This document shows positions 35,816 to 45,356 of a stretch of DNA of 64,000 nucleotides, piece by piece. The DNA is from an uncultured Clostridia bacterium (GTDB lineage Bacteria > Bacillota > Clostridia > Christensenellales > CAG-314). The notes under the pieces were generated by a model. The model saw nothing but the letters and a program-made list of their open reading frames with translations, had not been told where the DNA came from and made no database searches. The stretch is taken from the NCBI GenBank assembly GCA_947628135.1, contig CANQYT010000003.1, positions 3,387 through 67,386 on the forward strand, given 5' to 3'. Made by a program: the position numbers and the translations under genes. Numbering within the stretch: position 1 is the stretch's first letter; each line of letters begins with the position of its first letter.

Positions 35816-35861
35816 AATAATTTATTTTTTGCTACAAGCAAAATTATTTTATCTGTCGATA

Positions 35862-35892
35862 ACAAAATAAAAACCCGCCGAATATCGGCAGG
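35862..35892 (-). terminator. intrinsic terminator of glgA
   Basis: The minus strand reads ccugccg auauu cggcggg followed by UUUUUAUUUU. Confidence 0.8.
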
Positions 35893-35915
35893 TCGAATAA
35901 AACTTTTTACGTAAT

Positions 35916-37337
35916 TCACTCCATCGCCTCGTCGTACAATTTGTCGTACTTTTCGGCGGAGACTTTCCAAGTGAAGTCGGTGCGCATCGCTTTGCTTACA
36001 AGCGCTTTCCATCGAGTTCGATCGCGGTACACCTCCATTGCCTGACGCAGTACGTACAGCATATCGTGCGCGTTGTAGTCGGCAAAAGTAAATCCGTTGC
36101 CGCCGTTGCCGTAGGGGGTGATGCTGTCTTTAAGTCCGCCCGTTTCCCGCACTATCGCCACCGTGCCGTAGCGGGAAGCAATCATTTGCGAAAGTCCGCA
36201 AGGCTCGCTGCGCGACGGCATAAGAAACATATCCGCCCCGGAGTAAATTTGCCGCGACAAAGCCGAATTGAATGCAATCACCGCCGCTACTTGCTGAGGG
36301 TGACGCAACGCCAATTCCGTAAAGAAATGTTCGTAGTAACCGTCGCCCGTTCCGAGGATAACAAACTGCACGTCGTCCTGCAACGCCTCGTCGATAACAG
36401 CCGTCACCAGATCCAACCCTTTGTGCGCCACCAAGCGCGAGATCATCGCGACAACGGGCGTGTTCGGGCGGACGGGAAGATTGAACATACGTTGCAACTG
36501 TTCCTTGCACACCGCCTTGTTTTGCGGCTTTTTCGCGTCGTATTTGGCGTAAAGAGCGTTGTCAGTCGCAGGGTCGTAGTAGTCGGGATCTATGCCGTTC
36601 AGTATTCCGCGCAATTTGGATTCGTTTCGACGTATAATAGAATCCAACCCGTGCGAAAAATAGGGAGTTTTTATCTCCTCGGCGTAACTTGGCGACACGG
36701 TGGAAAGACGGTCGCAGCACTCTATCGCGCCCTTCATCAGATTTATACAGCCGTTGTATTCCACCAAGCCCTGATAGTAAGCGTCAATTCCGAAAAGCCA
36801 TTGCAGATTGTCCAACGAATATTTTCCCTGATATTCTATGTTGTGAATGGTAAACACCGTGCGAACGTTGCAAAAACGCGAATCTCTGCAATAAATCGTT
36901 TTCAGATAAATTGCGGCAAGCGCGGCTTGCCAATCGTGACAATGTATTACGTCGGGCGTAAAATCTACAAGGGGCAGAATTTCCAACGCGCTCCGACAGA
37001 AGAAAGCGAACCTTTCCCCGTCGTCGAAATGTCCGTAACACCCTTTGCGCTTGAAATAGTACTCGTTGTCCGTAAAGTAGAACGTTACGCCGTCTTTTTC
37101 GTAGCAAAAAACGCCGCAGTATTGATTTCTCCACGCAACGGGAACGTTCACACTGCCGATAAACCGAAATTTTTCGCGCCACTTTCCCTCTATATCCGAG
37201 TACAGCGGCAGCACCACACGCACGTCGCAGCCGCGTTCCGCCAACGCTTTGGACAGCGAGCCGACAACTTCCGCCAAACCGCCCGTTGCTACAAAGGGCG
37301 CGGCTTCCGAAGCTACAAACAATATCTTTTTCATCAT
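35916..37337 (-). CDS. glgA: glycogen synthase GlgA
   Basis: The ATG at 37337 (MMKKILFVASEAAPFVATGGLAEVVG) follows aaaGGTGAG. The ORF track start at 37391 is an upstream extension. Confidence 0.94.
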   Translation of the reverse strand: MMKKILFVASEAAPFVATGGLAEVVGSLSKALAERGCDVRVVLPLYSDIEGKWREKFRFIGSVNVPVAWRNQYCGVFCYEKDGVTFYFTDNEYYFKRKGCYGHFDDGERFAFFCRSALEILPLVDFTPDVIHCHDWQAALAAIYLKTIYCRDSRFCNVRTVFTIHNIEYQGKYSLDNLQWLFGIDAYYQGLVEYNGCINLMKGAIECCDRLSTVSPSYAEEIKTPYFSHGLDSIIRRNESKLRGILNGIDPDYYDPATDNALYAKYDAKKPQNKAVCKEQLQRMFNLPVRPNTPVVAMISRLVAHKGLDLVTAVIDEALQDDVQFVILGTGDGYYEHFFTELALRHPQQVAAVIAFNSALSRQIYSGADMFLMPSRSEPCGLSQMIASRYGTVAIVRETGGLKDSITPYGNGGNGFTFADYNAHDMLYVLRQAMEVYRDRTRWKALVSKAMRTDFTWKVSAEKYDKLYDEAME

Positions 37338-37347
37338 CTCACCTTTA

Positions 37348-38460
37348 TCAAAGCATTTTTCCCTTGGAAACGAAGTAGGGAAGTTCCTCACAGCCGCAAA
37401 GTTGTCTGCCGTCGCGTATCACGGCGTTTTTGTCCGTTATGACGCAATCGAGTTTGACAAGCGCACCTATCACCGTGTCCTGCATAAGCACGGAATTGCG
37501 CACCACGCTGCCTCTGCCCACTTTTACCCCGCGGAACAATATGCTGTTTTCCACCGTACCCTCGATTATGCACCCGTCGGAAATGAGCGAATTTTTCACC
37601 ACCGCGCCCTCGATGTACTTGGACGGGGCGGAGTCGCGCACCTTTGTGTAGATGTCACGTGCGCCGAACAGTTCGTCGCGGACATTCTTGTCCAGCATTT
37701 CCATATTTGCTTTGAAATACGCCGCAAGAGACGCCATTCCCGCATAATAGCCGTCGAATCTGTATCCGAAAATACGCATCGTATCCACGTTTTTTGACAG
37801 AATGTCCCTGCCGAAACTTGAAAAACCACTTTGTACCGCGTTTTGAATGATGTTCAGCAGATATTCGCGATGGACCACCATTACGTTTATGTAAAGTTTT
37901 TCCTTGCCCGCACCCAATTTCGGATTTATCTTGACTGCGGTCACGCGAGAGTCGCCGTCCGTTTCCACCGTCATATAGTAGCGAGAGGGCGTGCAGTGAC
38001 ACTCGTGGTACACCAATGTGATGTCCGCTTGCGATTCCTCGTGGAAGCGCACAATGTCCGACACGTCCAGCCGCGCCACCGTTTCGCCGTCGCACAGCAC
38101 GACATACTCTTCGTTTCTGTGCCGCAAAAAATCGGTAATTCCTTTCAACGCCTCCAACCTGTTGGTATAGGGAGCGTCCGTTTCGTTGCTGTACGGCGGA
38201 AGCAAAATGATACCGCCGTCCTTGCGCGCCAGATCCCAATCCTTACCGCTGCCCAAGTGGTCGATAAGCGATTGATAATTGTTTTTCGTCACAATTCCCA
38301 CCGCCGTTATGCCTGCGTTTACAAGGTTGGACAGCGCAAAGTCTATCAAACGGTAACGTCCCGCAAAAGGTACGGACGCGATGGCTCTGCGCGCGGATAG
38401 TTCGGGAATATTTTTGTCTTGAATATTTGAAAAGATAACGCCTACTGCCGAGTTTGCCAT
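37348..38460 (-). CDS. glgD: glucose-1-phosphate adenylyltransferase regulatory subunit GlgD
   Basis: 370 aa. It resembles GlgC but lacks the GGxGxRL motif (VGVIFSN...RAIASVPFAGRYRLIDF). Confidence 0.9.
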   Translation of the reverse strand: MANSAVGVIFSNIQDKNIPELSARRAIASVPFAGRYRLIDFALSNLVNAGITAVGIVTKNNYQSLIDHLGSGKDWDLARKDGGIILLPPYSNETDAPYTNRLEALKGITDFLRHRNEEYVVLCDGETVARLDVSDIVRFHEESQADITLVYHECHCTPSRYYMTVETDGDSRVTAVKINPKLGAGKEKLYINVMVVHREYLLNIIQNAVQSGFSSFGRDILSKNVDTMRIFGYRFDGYYAGMASLAAYFKANMEMLDKNVRDELFGARDIYTKVRDSAPSKYIEGAVVKNSLISDGCIIEGTVENSILFRGVKVGRGSVVRNSVLMQDTVIGALVKLDCVITDKNAVIRDGRQLCGCEELPYFVSKGKML

Positions 38461-38463
38461 CGT

Positions 38464-39660
38464 TTATTCCCCCTTGTAATCCTTGTCAACTATTTCTCCG
38501 CTCGGCACTGACGCGCCCTTTGCAACGGTTATGTTCCGTCCGAGAACAGTAATTCCGACGGCGTTTTCCTTCGGTGCGCCGACGGTTGCATTTTCCTCCA
38601 CCGTGACGTTTTCGTCGATTACGGAGTAGTATATCTTTGCGCCTTTTTTGATTACAGCCGAGGACATAATCACGCTGTCCGAAACTATCGCGCCCTCTTC
38701 TACGGTGACGTTGCTCGACAAAACCGACCGCCGCACACTGCCGCTTATTTCACAGCCGAGCGCCACCATCGAATCATCTACCTTGCCCGTCTCGCTGATA
38801 TATTCCGGCGGAGCAAGGGGGTTGCGCGAGTGAATCTTCCAAGAGGCGTCCCCCACGTCGAACGCGGGCTCTGCGCCCAACAAATCCATATTGGACTGCC
38901 ACAGCGCGGGTATCGTCCCCACGTCTTTCCAATATCCTTCGAACCGATATGAGAACATCTTTTCCCCCGCGCCGAGCATTGCGGGCAAGACGTTCTTTCC
39001 GAAATCTTTTTCCGAATTGGGATCTCGGTCGTCCTCTTCCAGATATTTGTACAACTTGTCGGCGGAAAAGACGTATATGCCCATTGAGGCGAGGTTGCTT
39101 TTCGGACGCTTGGGCTTTTCTTCGAATTGATAGATAGAGCCGTCCTCATTGACGTTGAGTATTCCGAATCGGGAAGCTTCTTCCGGCAGCACCTCGATTG
39201 CGGCAACGGTACACGCCGCGCCCGTTTCGATGTGCGCGCGCAGCATTTTCGCATAGTTCATCTTGTAGATGTGATCCCCGGAAAGTATAAGCACGTAATC
39301 GGGGTTGTATTTTTTCATAAACCCCATATTCTGAAAAATAGCGTTTGCAGTGCCTTCGTACCAGGACGATTTCTTTTTGGCTTGGTAGGGCGAAAGAATA
39401 TGCACTCCGCCGAAACTGCGGTCAAGATCCCAAGGCTGTCCGTTGCCTATGTACTCGTTGAGTTCCAACGGCTCGTATTGCGTAAGCACTCCAACGGTAT
39501 CTATACCGGAGTTTACGCAATTGCTCAGCGGAAAATCTATTATGCGGTATTTTGCGCCGAACGCTACCGCAGGTTTCGCGATATTGTTGGTGAGAGCGTA
39601 CAATCTGCTTCCTTGTCCGCCCGCAAGCAACATTGCCACGCATTCTTTTTTTCTTTGCAT
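38464..39660 (-). CDS. glgC: glucose-1-phosphate adenylyltransferase GlgC
   Basis: 398 aa with [27 protein letters not shown] and a left-handed beta-helix C-terminus. Confidence 0.95.
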   Translation of the reverse strand: MQRKKECVAMLLAGGQGSRLYALTNNIAKPAVAFGAKYRIIDFPLSNCVNSGIDTVGVLTQYEPLELNEYIGNGQPWDLDRSFGGVHILSPYQAKKKSSWYEGTANAIFQNMGFMKKYNPDYVLILSGDHIYKMNYAKMLRAHIETGAACTVAAIEVLPEEASRFGILNVNEDGSIYQFEEKPKRPKSNLASMGIYVFSADKLYKYLEEDDRDPNSEKDFGKNVLPAMLGAGEKMFSYRFEGYWKDVGTIPALWQSNMDLLGAEPAFDVGDASWKIHSRNPLAPPEYISETGKVDDSMVALGCEISGSVRRSVLSSNVTVEEGAIVSDSVIMSSAVIKKGAKIYYSVIDENVTVEENATVGAPKENAVGITVLGRNITVAKGASVPSGEIVDKDYKGE

Positions 39661-39782
39661 AAGTTCCTCCCGTCAGACGGTTTTTGTTCACTGCGTCCGC
39701 CTTTCAATGGAATTATATCATAGAAAATTTCACTTTTCCATATTTATACGCAAATTTTTCGGGCAAAAACGGTTTTTTTTAC

Positions 39783-39811
39783 AAAAAAAAAGCGGCGGAT
39801 TGCTCCGCCGC
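39783..39811 (-). terminator. intrinsic terminator of scpB
   Basis: The minus strand reads gcggcgga gcaa uccgccgc followed by U9. Confidence 0.85.
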
Positions 39812-39821
39812 AAAGTATACC

Positions 39822-40445
39822 TCAGTCTACTTTTTTTACGTCCTCTCCTTGAAGAAAATCGGGAACTTCCTCCACCTTGTCGAACATCGGTTTCTCCACC
39901 GTTTCGACATTTGTCCCGGAGTCTATCTGCTGCAACTTGTCCAGCAGCGATTCGTAGTCGGGCAGATCCTTTATGTCGCTTATGGAAAAACGTTTGAGAA
40001 ATTCGTCCGTGGTGGCAAAGAGCAAAGGTTTGCCTATCGTTTCCTTTCTGCCTACGCACTCCACCAAGCCCAAACGTACAAGGTTCTGCACGGAATACGT
40101 GCAGTCTACGCTGCGAATTTCCTCCACTTCTATACGCGTTACGGGTTGCTTGTACGCGATGATAGCCAACGTTTCCAACATAGCGTTGGTCAGTTCCTTT
40201 TCCTTTATCGGGTTGAGGACCGCCTCCACCTCTTTGGCATAATTGGGGTTTGTGGCAAATTGCAATTTTTTGTTGAATCGCAGCAGATGTATACCGCTTT
40301 CGCCGCTGTACTTGGCAAGCAGTTCGGATACCGCCTCGGTAAAATCTTTGTCGCTTGCGGCAAGTTTTTCTTTGATGAATTTTTCTTCGACAGCCTTGCC
40401 CGAAACAAACAGTACGGACTCTATCTGATTACTCAAAAGACTCAT
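39822..40445 (-). CDS. scpB: segregation and condensation protein B
   Basis: 207 aa with IESVLFVSG, LETLAIIAYKQPVTR.EVE.IR and G...TT..FL..F signatures. Confidence 0.92.
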   Translation of the reverse strand: MSLLSNQIESVLFVSGKAVEEKFIKEKLAASDKDFTEAVSELLAKYSGESGIHLLRFNKKLQFATNPNYAKEVEAVLNPIKEKELTNAMLETLAIIAYKQPVTRIEVEEIRSVDCTYSVQNLVRLGLVECVGRKETIGKPLLFATTDEFLKRFSISDIKDLPDYESLLDKLQQIDSGTNVETVEKPMFDKVEEVPDFLQGEDVKKVD

Positions 40446-41238
40446 ATTCGTCTCCTATCACCGCCTCGATACCGTCGCTGTCGGGGCGTTTTTCAATGAT
40501 TATTTCTTCAAACAGACCGTTTTGGACAACGCGTATGATTTGCAATTTCATCAATTCCAACACAGCCAAAAAGGTCGTAACTATCTCGTTTTTATCGGCG
40601 TCGGCGTCAAACAGTTCGCTCATCTTGAAGCGGTCTTCCACCAGCAGGATTTCGCGGATATAGGCAATTTTCTGCGGCACTGAAAAACTTTCCCTCACGA
40701 TGGCGCGGGATACGTTTTCGGCGGCGTTTTTCACCTGCATTCGCATCAAAAATTTGCCGAACGCTTCGATAAAACCTTCTATACTTAGGTTTTCTTTGAC
40801 AACCGTCACTTCCTTGCCGACGGTTTTGTCCGGTTCGCGGTAGAAACGGTCCACGTTTTCCTGCTCTTTGAGTTCGGGAATAACTTCCTTTATCAGGCGG
40901 TATTCCTCCAACTGCCGTATAAGCATTTTTTCGGGAGTTTCATCGTTGGAATCGGTTTCTATCAGTATCGGCAACAGCGCGCGGGATTTTATTTCCAGCA
41001 ACATCGCCGCCATAGCCATATATTCGCTTGCCTGCTCCACGTCCAACTCCGACACTTGGTTCATAAACTGCAAAAATTGCTCGGTGACCTGCGAAACGAA
41101 GATATCCTTTATCTCTATCTTATTTTCTTTCACCAGCGCCAAAAGTAGATCCAACGGTCCGTCGAAATTGCTCAGTTTGAGTTCCAACACCGATTTTTGC
41201 TCGTCGAATATGTACTGTTGTTGCAATTCCTCAGACAC
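40429..41238 (-). CDS. scpA: segregation and condensation protein A
   Basis: 269 aa with FDGPLDLLLALVKENKIEIKDI. It overlaps the scpB start. Confidence 0.92.
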   Translation of the reverse strand: MSEELQQQYIFDEQKSVLELKLSNFDGPLDLLLALVKENKIEIKDIFVSQVTEQFLQFMNQVSELDVEQASEYMAMAAMLLEIKSRALLPILIETDSNDETPEKMLIRQLEEYRLIKEVIPELKEQENVDRFYREPDKTVGKEVTVVKENLSIEGFIEAFGKFLMRMQVKNAAENVSRAIVRESFSVPQKIAYIREILLVEDRFKMSELFDADADKNEIVTTFLAVLELMKLQIIRVVQNGLFEEIIIEKRPDSDGIEAVIGDEYESFE

Positions 41239-41953
41239 GGAAAATCAACCTCCAAAAACTTTCAAAGCCGTAACATATACGACCGCCGACCCAGCCGATG
41301 TACAAATTGAACGGAGAGTAAACTCTTACGATCGGAATGTAATCGAGTACGATCAGCCCCAGCATAATGTACAGACTGTACTTACGCATAAATCTCATAA
41401 ACCCGTTCCGTTCGTCGACAAAACAACTCAACAAACGGTAGCCGTCCAGCGGAAACAGCGGCAGAATGTTGAACAGCGCAAAGTTTACGTTCAGTTGCAT
41501 CGTCAACGCGCACAATTCGTAGCAAAAGAATACGAAATAGTACATCGACGACCCCGCCGTCTGTTGAAAGTACAAATTGTAAAACAGCGTCGAGCCCATC
41601 GCAAACAGAAACGCCAACAGCAAATTCGTAACGACGCCCGCAACGGACACAGTTATGCAGCCGAGTTTGCGCTTTTTGAAGTTGTTCGGATTTATCGGGA
41701 CGGGTTTTGCCCAACCGAAGCCCACCAACACCATCATCACAAGTCCGACAATGTCGAAATGTTTCAGCGGGTTGAGACTCAGCCTGCCGTATACTTTGGC
41801 GGTGCTGTCGCCGTTCCACAACGCCACAAGACCGTGAGCGATTTCGTGCAGGATAAGCGCCGTAAACAAAGCGGGTATAAAGGCGACCACGGTAAGCAAG
41901 CCCTCGCGGGTCACGCCTCGTCCGCCGTTTGTGAGCAAGCGGTAAATCAGCAT
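41231..41953 (-). CDS. site-2 protease (M50) family membrane metalloprotease
   Basis: 240 aa with HEIAHGL, a second-site NILPLFPLDG motif and multiple TM helices. Confidence 0.85.
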   Translation of the reverse strand: MLIYRLLTNGGRGVTREGLLTVVAFIPALFTALILHEIAHGLVALWNGDSTAKVYGRLSLNPLKHFDIVGLVMMVLVGFGWAKPVPINPNNFKKRKLGCITVSVAGVVTNLLLAFLFAMGSTLFYNLYFQQTAGSSMYYFVFFCYELCALTMQLNVNFALFNILPLFPLDGYRLLSCFVDERNGFMRFMRKYSLYIMLGLIVLDYIPIVRVYSPFNLYIGWVGGRICYGFESFWRLIFRV

Positions 41954-42044
41954 AAAATTATTTTAACAAAATATTTCAGTAATGTCAATATAATATGTTA
42001 TATTTATGTAATTTATCCGACGGTGCATTTGACTGTGGGACGTC

Positions 42045-42075
42045 AAAAGGCGGCGACCCTGTTGAGGTCGCCGCC
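42045..42075 (-). terminator. intrinsic terminator after the carboxypeptidase gene
   Basis: 10-bp GC stem ggcggcgacc/ggtcgccgcc followed by UUUU on the minus strand. Confidence 0.6.
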
Positions 42076-42091
42076 CGTAAAATGCGGACGT

Positions 42092-43225
42092 TCAGCCGAC
42101 GATGTCTTTGACGTAGTCCCAATAAGTTTTGGCGGCGACGTCCGTCTTTGCCACAAGTTGCACTTCGCCCACCACTTTGCCGTCGCGAATAAGTTGAGCG
42201 CTGCCCAATGCGTCCCCCGCTTTTACAGGCGCTTTGACGTACTCGGGGAGAGTAACGGACAGTTCGCACTCCGTTTCGCCCTTTTTGCCGAACAAAGCAA
42301 GTTTGCCGTTTGCACGTACTTCCACCGTGTCGTTTCTTCCGCCCGACACCGTTACGCCGTCAATAGGAGAATTTTCGTCCAGAAACACCTTGCTCTCGAA
42401 GTTTGCGAAAGCGTAATTGAACATTTCGCTCACCTCTCTGAAACGCGTTTTACTGTCCGGCGCGCCTACCACCACGGCTATCACACGCGTGCCGTTGCGT
42501 TTGGCTGTTGCCGCAAGGCAATGCATTGCCTCCGATGTGTATCCCGTTTTTCCGCCATCGCACCCGTCGTAGAAGCGTATCAGTTTGTTGGTGTTGGTCA
42601 TACCCGTCACACGTCCTGACGGGTGAACGAAATCTTCCGTCCACACCTTTGCACACTCAAAGTAATGAGGATGCCGAATAAGTTTCGACAGCATCACGCC
42701 CACGTCGCGGGCGCAGGAAAACTGACTTACCGCGGGCAGACCCGTGCAGTTTTCGAAATGAGTAGCGACAAGCCCCAATTCTTTCGCTTTGTCGTTCATT
42801 TTGTCCACGAACCCCTCAACGCTACCGCTTACGTGTTCAGCGACGGCAACGCAACTGTCGTTTGCGGAACACACCACGATGGATTTTATCAGATCGTTGA
42901 GTTTATAGGTCGCGTTTGCGTCCAGAAACACCTGCGAACCGCCCATAGAAGCCGCGCGTGCGCTTGCCACCACGTCGTCCGACAAGGAAATTTTTCCGTT
43001 GTCGATTGCGTCGTAGGTACAAAGCAAAGTCATAATTTTCGTCATACTCGCAATGGGACGTTTTTCCGTTGCGTTATGCTCGAACAAAACTTGTCCGTCC
43101 TCCGACATCAGCACCGCCTCTTTGGCGGAAATTTGCAATCCCGATTGTTCGGCGCAAGCCGCCACCGGCACAGTCGCCGCTATCAGAAGAAATGCGGCAA
43201 ATACAAACAAAAAGATTTTTTTCAT
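42092..43225 (-). CDS. D-alanyl-D-alanine carboxypeptidase (S11, DacB/DacF-like)
   Basis: 377 aa with a signal peptide, the active-site SMTK, then SAND and KTGYT motifs. Confidence 0.92.
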   Translation of the reverse strand: MKKIFLFVFAAFLLIAATVPVAACAEQSGLQISAKEAVLMSEDGQVLFEHNATEKRPIASMTKIMTLLCTYDAIDNGKISLSDDVVASARAASMGGSQVFLDANATYKLNDLIKSIVVCSANDSCVAVAEHVSGSVEGFVDKMNDKAKELGLVATHFENCTGLPAVSQFSCARDVGVMLSKLIRHPHYFECAKVWTEDFVHPSGRVTGMTNTNKLIRFYDGCDGGKTGYTSEAMHCLAATAKRNGTRVIAVVVGAPDSKTRFREVSEMFNYAFANFESKVFLDENSPIDGVTVSGGRNDTVEVRANGKLALFGKKGETECELSVTLPEYVKAPVKAGDALGSAQLIRDGKVVGEVQLVAKTDVAAKTYWDYVKDIVG

Positions 43226-43319
43226 ATTTCACCCCTGTCCTTTGCCGTTAGTATTTGCAGAAAAGGGGCAATTATACCGCGGAACATCTTCGCAAACAAA
43301 ATAAACCGTCTCGATGTTG

Positions 43320-43472
43320 CGTAAGTGAAATTTATCTTATTTGCGAGAACAAGTTTTCAGTCCAAAAAAATAAACGCCGAATCACACTCACACTAAACGG
43401 AATGAGCCCGGTACAATACCGAACTCATTCACAAACAACTTAGTAATTTTAATGTCTAACTTTTGGGGTTCA
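43320..43472 (+). mobile_element. relic 3' end of an IS3-family element (transposase C-terminus plus terminal repeat)
   Basis: The frame ending at 43443 reads ...NKRRITLTLNGMSPVQYRTHSQTT*. This resembles the conserved YNxxRIxxxLxGxSPxxYR tail of IS3 OrfB. The sequence ends ...ggggttCA at 43472 (reverse complement TGAACCCC...), like an IS3 terminal inverted repeat. No intact ORF remains. Confidence 0.5.
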
Positions 43473-43507
43473 TAGCAAAATCGCAGAGGCGTTTTCTTGT
43501 AAAAAAG

Positions 43508-44656
43508 TTATCTTGTAATTTTTTCCCAAACGGATTTCGGTCCGCCGCCGATACCGAGTTGGTCGCGTATCGTGTCGCAAATAACGTCGAAACCTTTGAT
43601 AGTGCCGAGATTGGTGGGAACAACGTCGCACCCGTAGATAAGCAGCGGCGTATATTCGCGAGTATGGTCGGTGTGCGCCTTGTGAGTGGGGTCGCAGCCG
43701 TGGTCGCCCGTGATGTACACCACGTCGTCGTGCCGCATAGTTGCGATAAGTTCCGCGACCTTGCCGTCTATCTCCTCCAACGCTTCCGCGTAACCGAACA
43801 CGTCCCGTCTGTGACCGTACTTCATATCCGTGTCCACAAGGTTTACGAACACAAGTCCGTCGAAACGTTCCTTGGCGATCTGTATCGTCTGATTCAGTCC
43901 GTCGAGGTTGCTGACGGTGTGCGTACTGCGCGTGATACCCTGACCGTTGAAAATGTACTCTATCTTGCCGACGGCTACGCTTTCCATACCTGCGTCCTTG
44001 ACGTAGTCGAGAATAGTCTTTGCGGGCGGATTGAGCGAGAAGTCCTTTCTGTCCGCGGTGCGCGTAAAGGGATATGCTCCCGTAAAGGGACGGGCTATCA
44101 CTCTGCCGACGGCATATTTGCCGCTGCAAAGTTTGCGCGCTTTCTCGCACATATCGTAAAGTTGCTCTATCGTGTATCTGTCGGTGTGCGTTGCGATTTG
44201 CAAAACGCTGTCTGCGGAGGTGTAAACTATCGGGTAGCCCGTTTTGAGATGTTCTTCTCCGTAGTCCTTGATAACTTCCGTGCCGCTGTACGGTTTGTTG
44301 CAAAGTATCTTCGTGCCCAATTCTTTTTCCAATCGAGCGATGAAACTTTGCGGGAAGCCGTTGGGGAATGTGGGCATAGGTTCGTTGGTGATTACTCCCG
44401 CCATCTCCCAATGTCCTACGGTCGTGTCCTTACCCTTGGACAGTTCTTCCAACCGTCCGTATGCGCCTATGGGCTGTCTGTCGTCGTTGTAAGTTCCGTC
44501 TATGTTGTACAATCCCAAATCGGACAGTACGGGCAGATTGAGGTCGTATGCGGCGCGCACGTTTTTGAGAGTGTTCGCACCGAAATCGTTGAATTTTTTG
44601 CAATCGGGCATTGCTCCGATACCGAATCCGTCAATAACGAGAATAAATGCTCTCAT
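43508..44656 (-). CDS. deoB: phosphopentomutase DeoB
   Basis: 382 aa starting MRAFILVIDGFGIG, with TGDHGCDP and a metal-binding core. Confidence 0.94.
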   Translation of the reverse strand: MRAFILVIDGFGIGAMPDCKKFNDFGANTLKNVRAAYDLNLPVLSDLGLYNIDGTYNDDRQPIGAYGRLEELSKGKDTTVGHWEMAGVITNEPMPTFPNGFPQSFIARLEKELGTKILCNKPYSGTEVIKDYGEEHLKTGYPIVYTSADSVLQIATHTDRYTIEQLYDMCEKARKLCSGKYAVGRVIARPFTGAYPFTRTADRKDFSLNPPAKTILDYVKDAGMESVAVGKIEYIFNGQGITRSTHTVSNLDGLNQTIQIAKERFDGLVFVNLVDTDMKYGHRRDVFGYAEALEEIDGKVAELIATMRHDDVVYITGDHGCDPTHKAHTDHTREYTPLLIYGCDVVPTNLGTIKGFDVICDTIRDQLGIGGGPKSVWEKITR

Positions 44657-44706
44657 AGTTTTTCTCCTTGTATATCAAGTATAACAAAAAAAAATTTTTT
44701 AAGCAA

Positions 44707-45282
44707 TCAAATGACGGCAGTTAGTAGCCGCAATATGACGAAAAAAGCGATTATTTTGACTGCAAATGCAACTGCAAGCAGGGCAAACGAGAGTTTTGTA
44801 TCGCAAATTGCCTCCCTGAACGTGCGTCGGCAGCAAACAGTACCGCAAGCGGTTATACAGGCAAGCAGCAGCCCCGCCACTTCCGCTACGGAAACGAGCA
44901 AAGCGAAAAGTATCCCCCACACCGATATGCACACGATGACAGCCGCGGCGGTAGCACCGCAATAGAAACAGGCGACGAACAGCGCAAGACAACTCAGATA
45001 CTTGATTTGCGGCAGAGTCTGACAAAACGCTATGCACACATAGTAAACCGACGTCCACAGCAGAAAAGAGAAAAACAGTCCTAACCCGCCCTCAAACAGC
45101 CGATAAGCGTAGTTGCATCTGTTTTCGTACCACCAACTGTATTCGAAAACGTTTACAAGAATAACGCCGAGAACAACTCCCGCCACCGCCACCGCCGTGC
45201 AAACCAACGACAGCCACTTGTGATCGCACACCGTTTGCCACAGGTCCTCCGCGGCGAAACGCACCTTCCGAAACAGTCTCAT
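44707..45282 (-). CDS. polytopic membrane protein, possibly SpoIIM-like
   Basis: 191 aa with about 5 TM helices. The first helix, ...GVVLGVILVN, resembles the SpoIIM N-terminus. The gene sits between spoIVB and deoB. The family assignment is tentative. Confidence 0.45.
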   Translation of the reverse strand: MRLFRKVRFAAEDLWQTVCDHKWLSLVCTAVAVAGVVLGVILVNVFEYSWWYENRCNYAYRLFEGGLGLFFSFLLWTSVYYVCIAFCQTLPQIKYLSCLALFVACFYCGATAAAVIVCISVWGILFALLVSVAEVAGLLLACITACGTVCCRRTFREAICDTKLSFALLAVAFAVKIIAFFVILRLLTAVI

Positions 45283-45356
45283 ATCAATTGTTATGAAACG
45301 AAAGGGCGAATTATGTCAAAAAAAGTTGCAACGGGGCAAATGCTCCGTCGCTTTTA

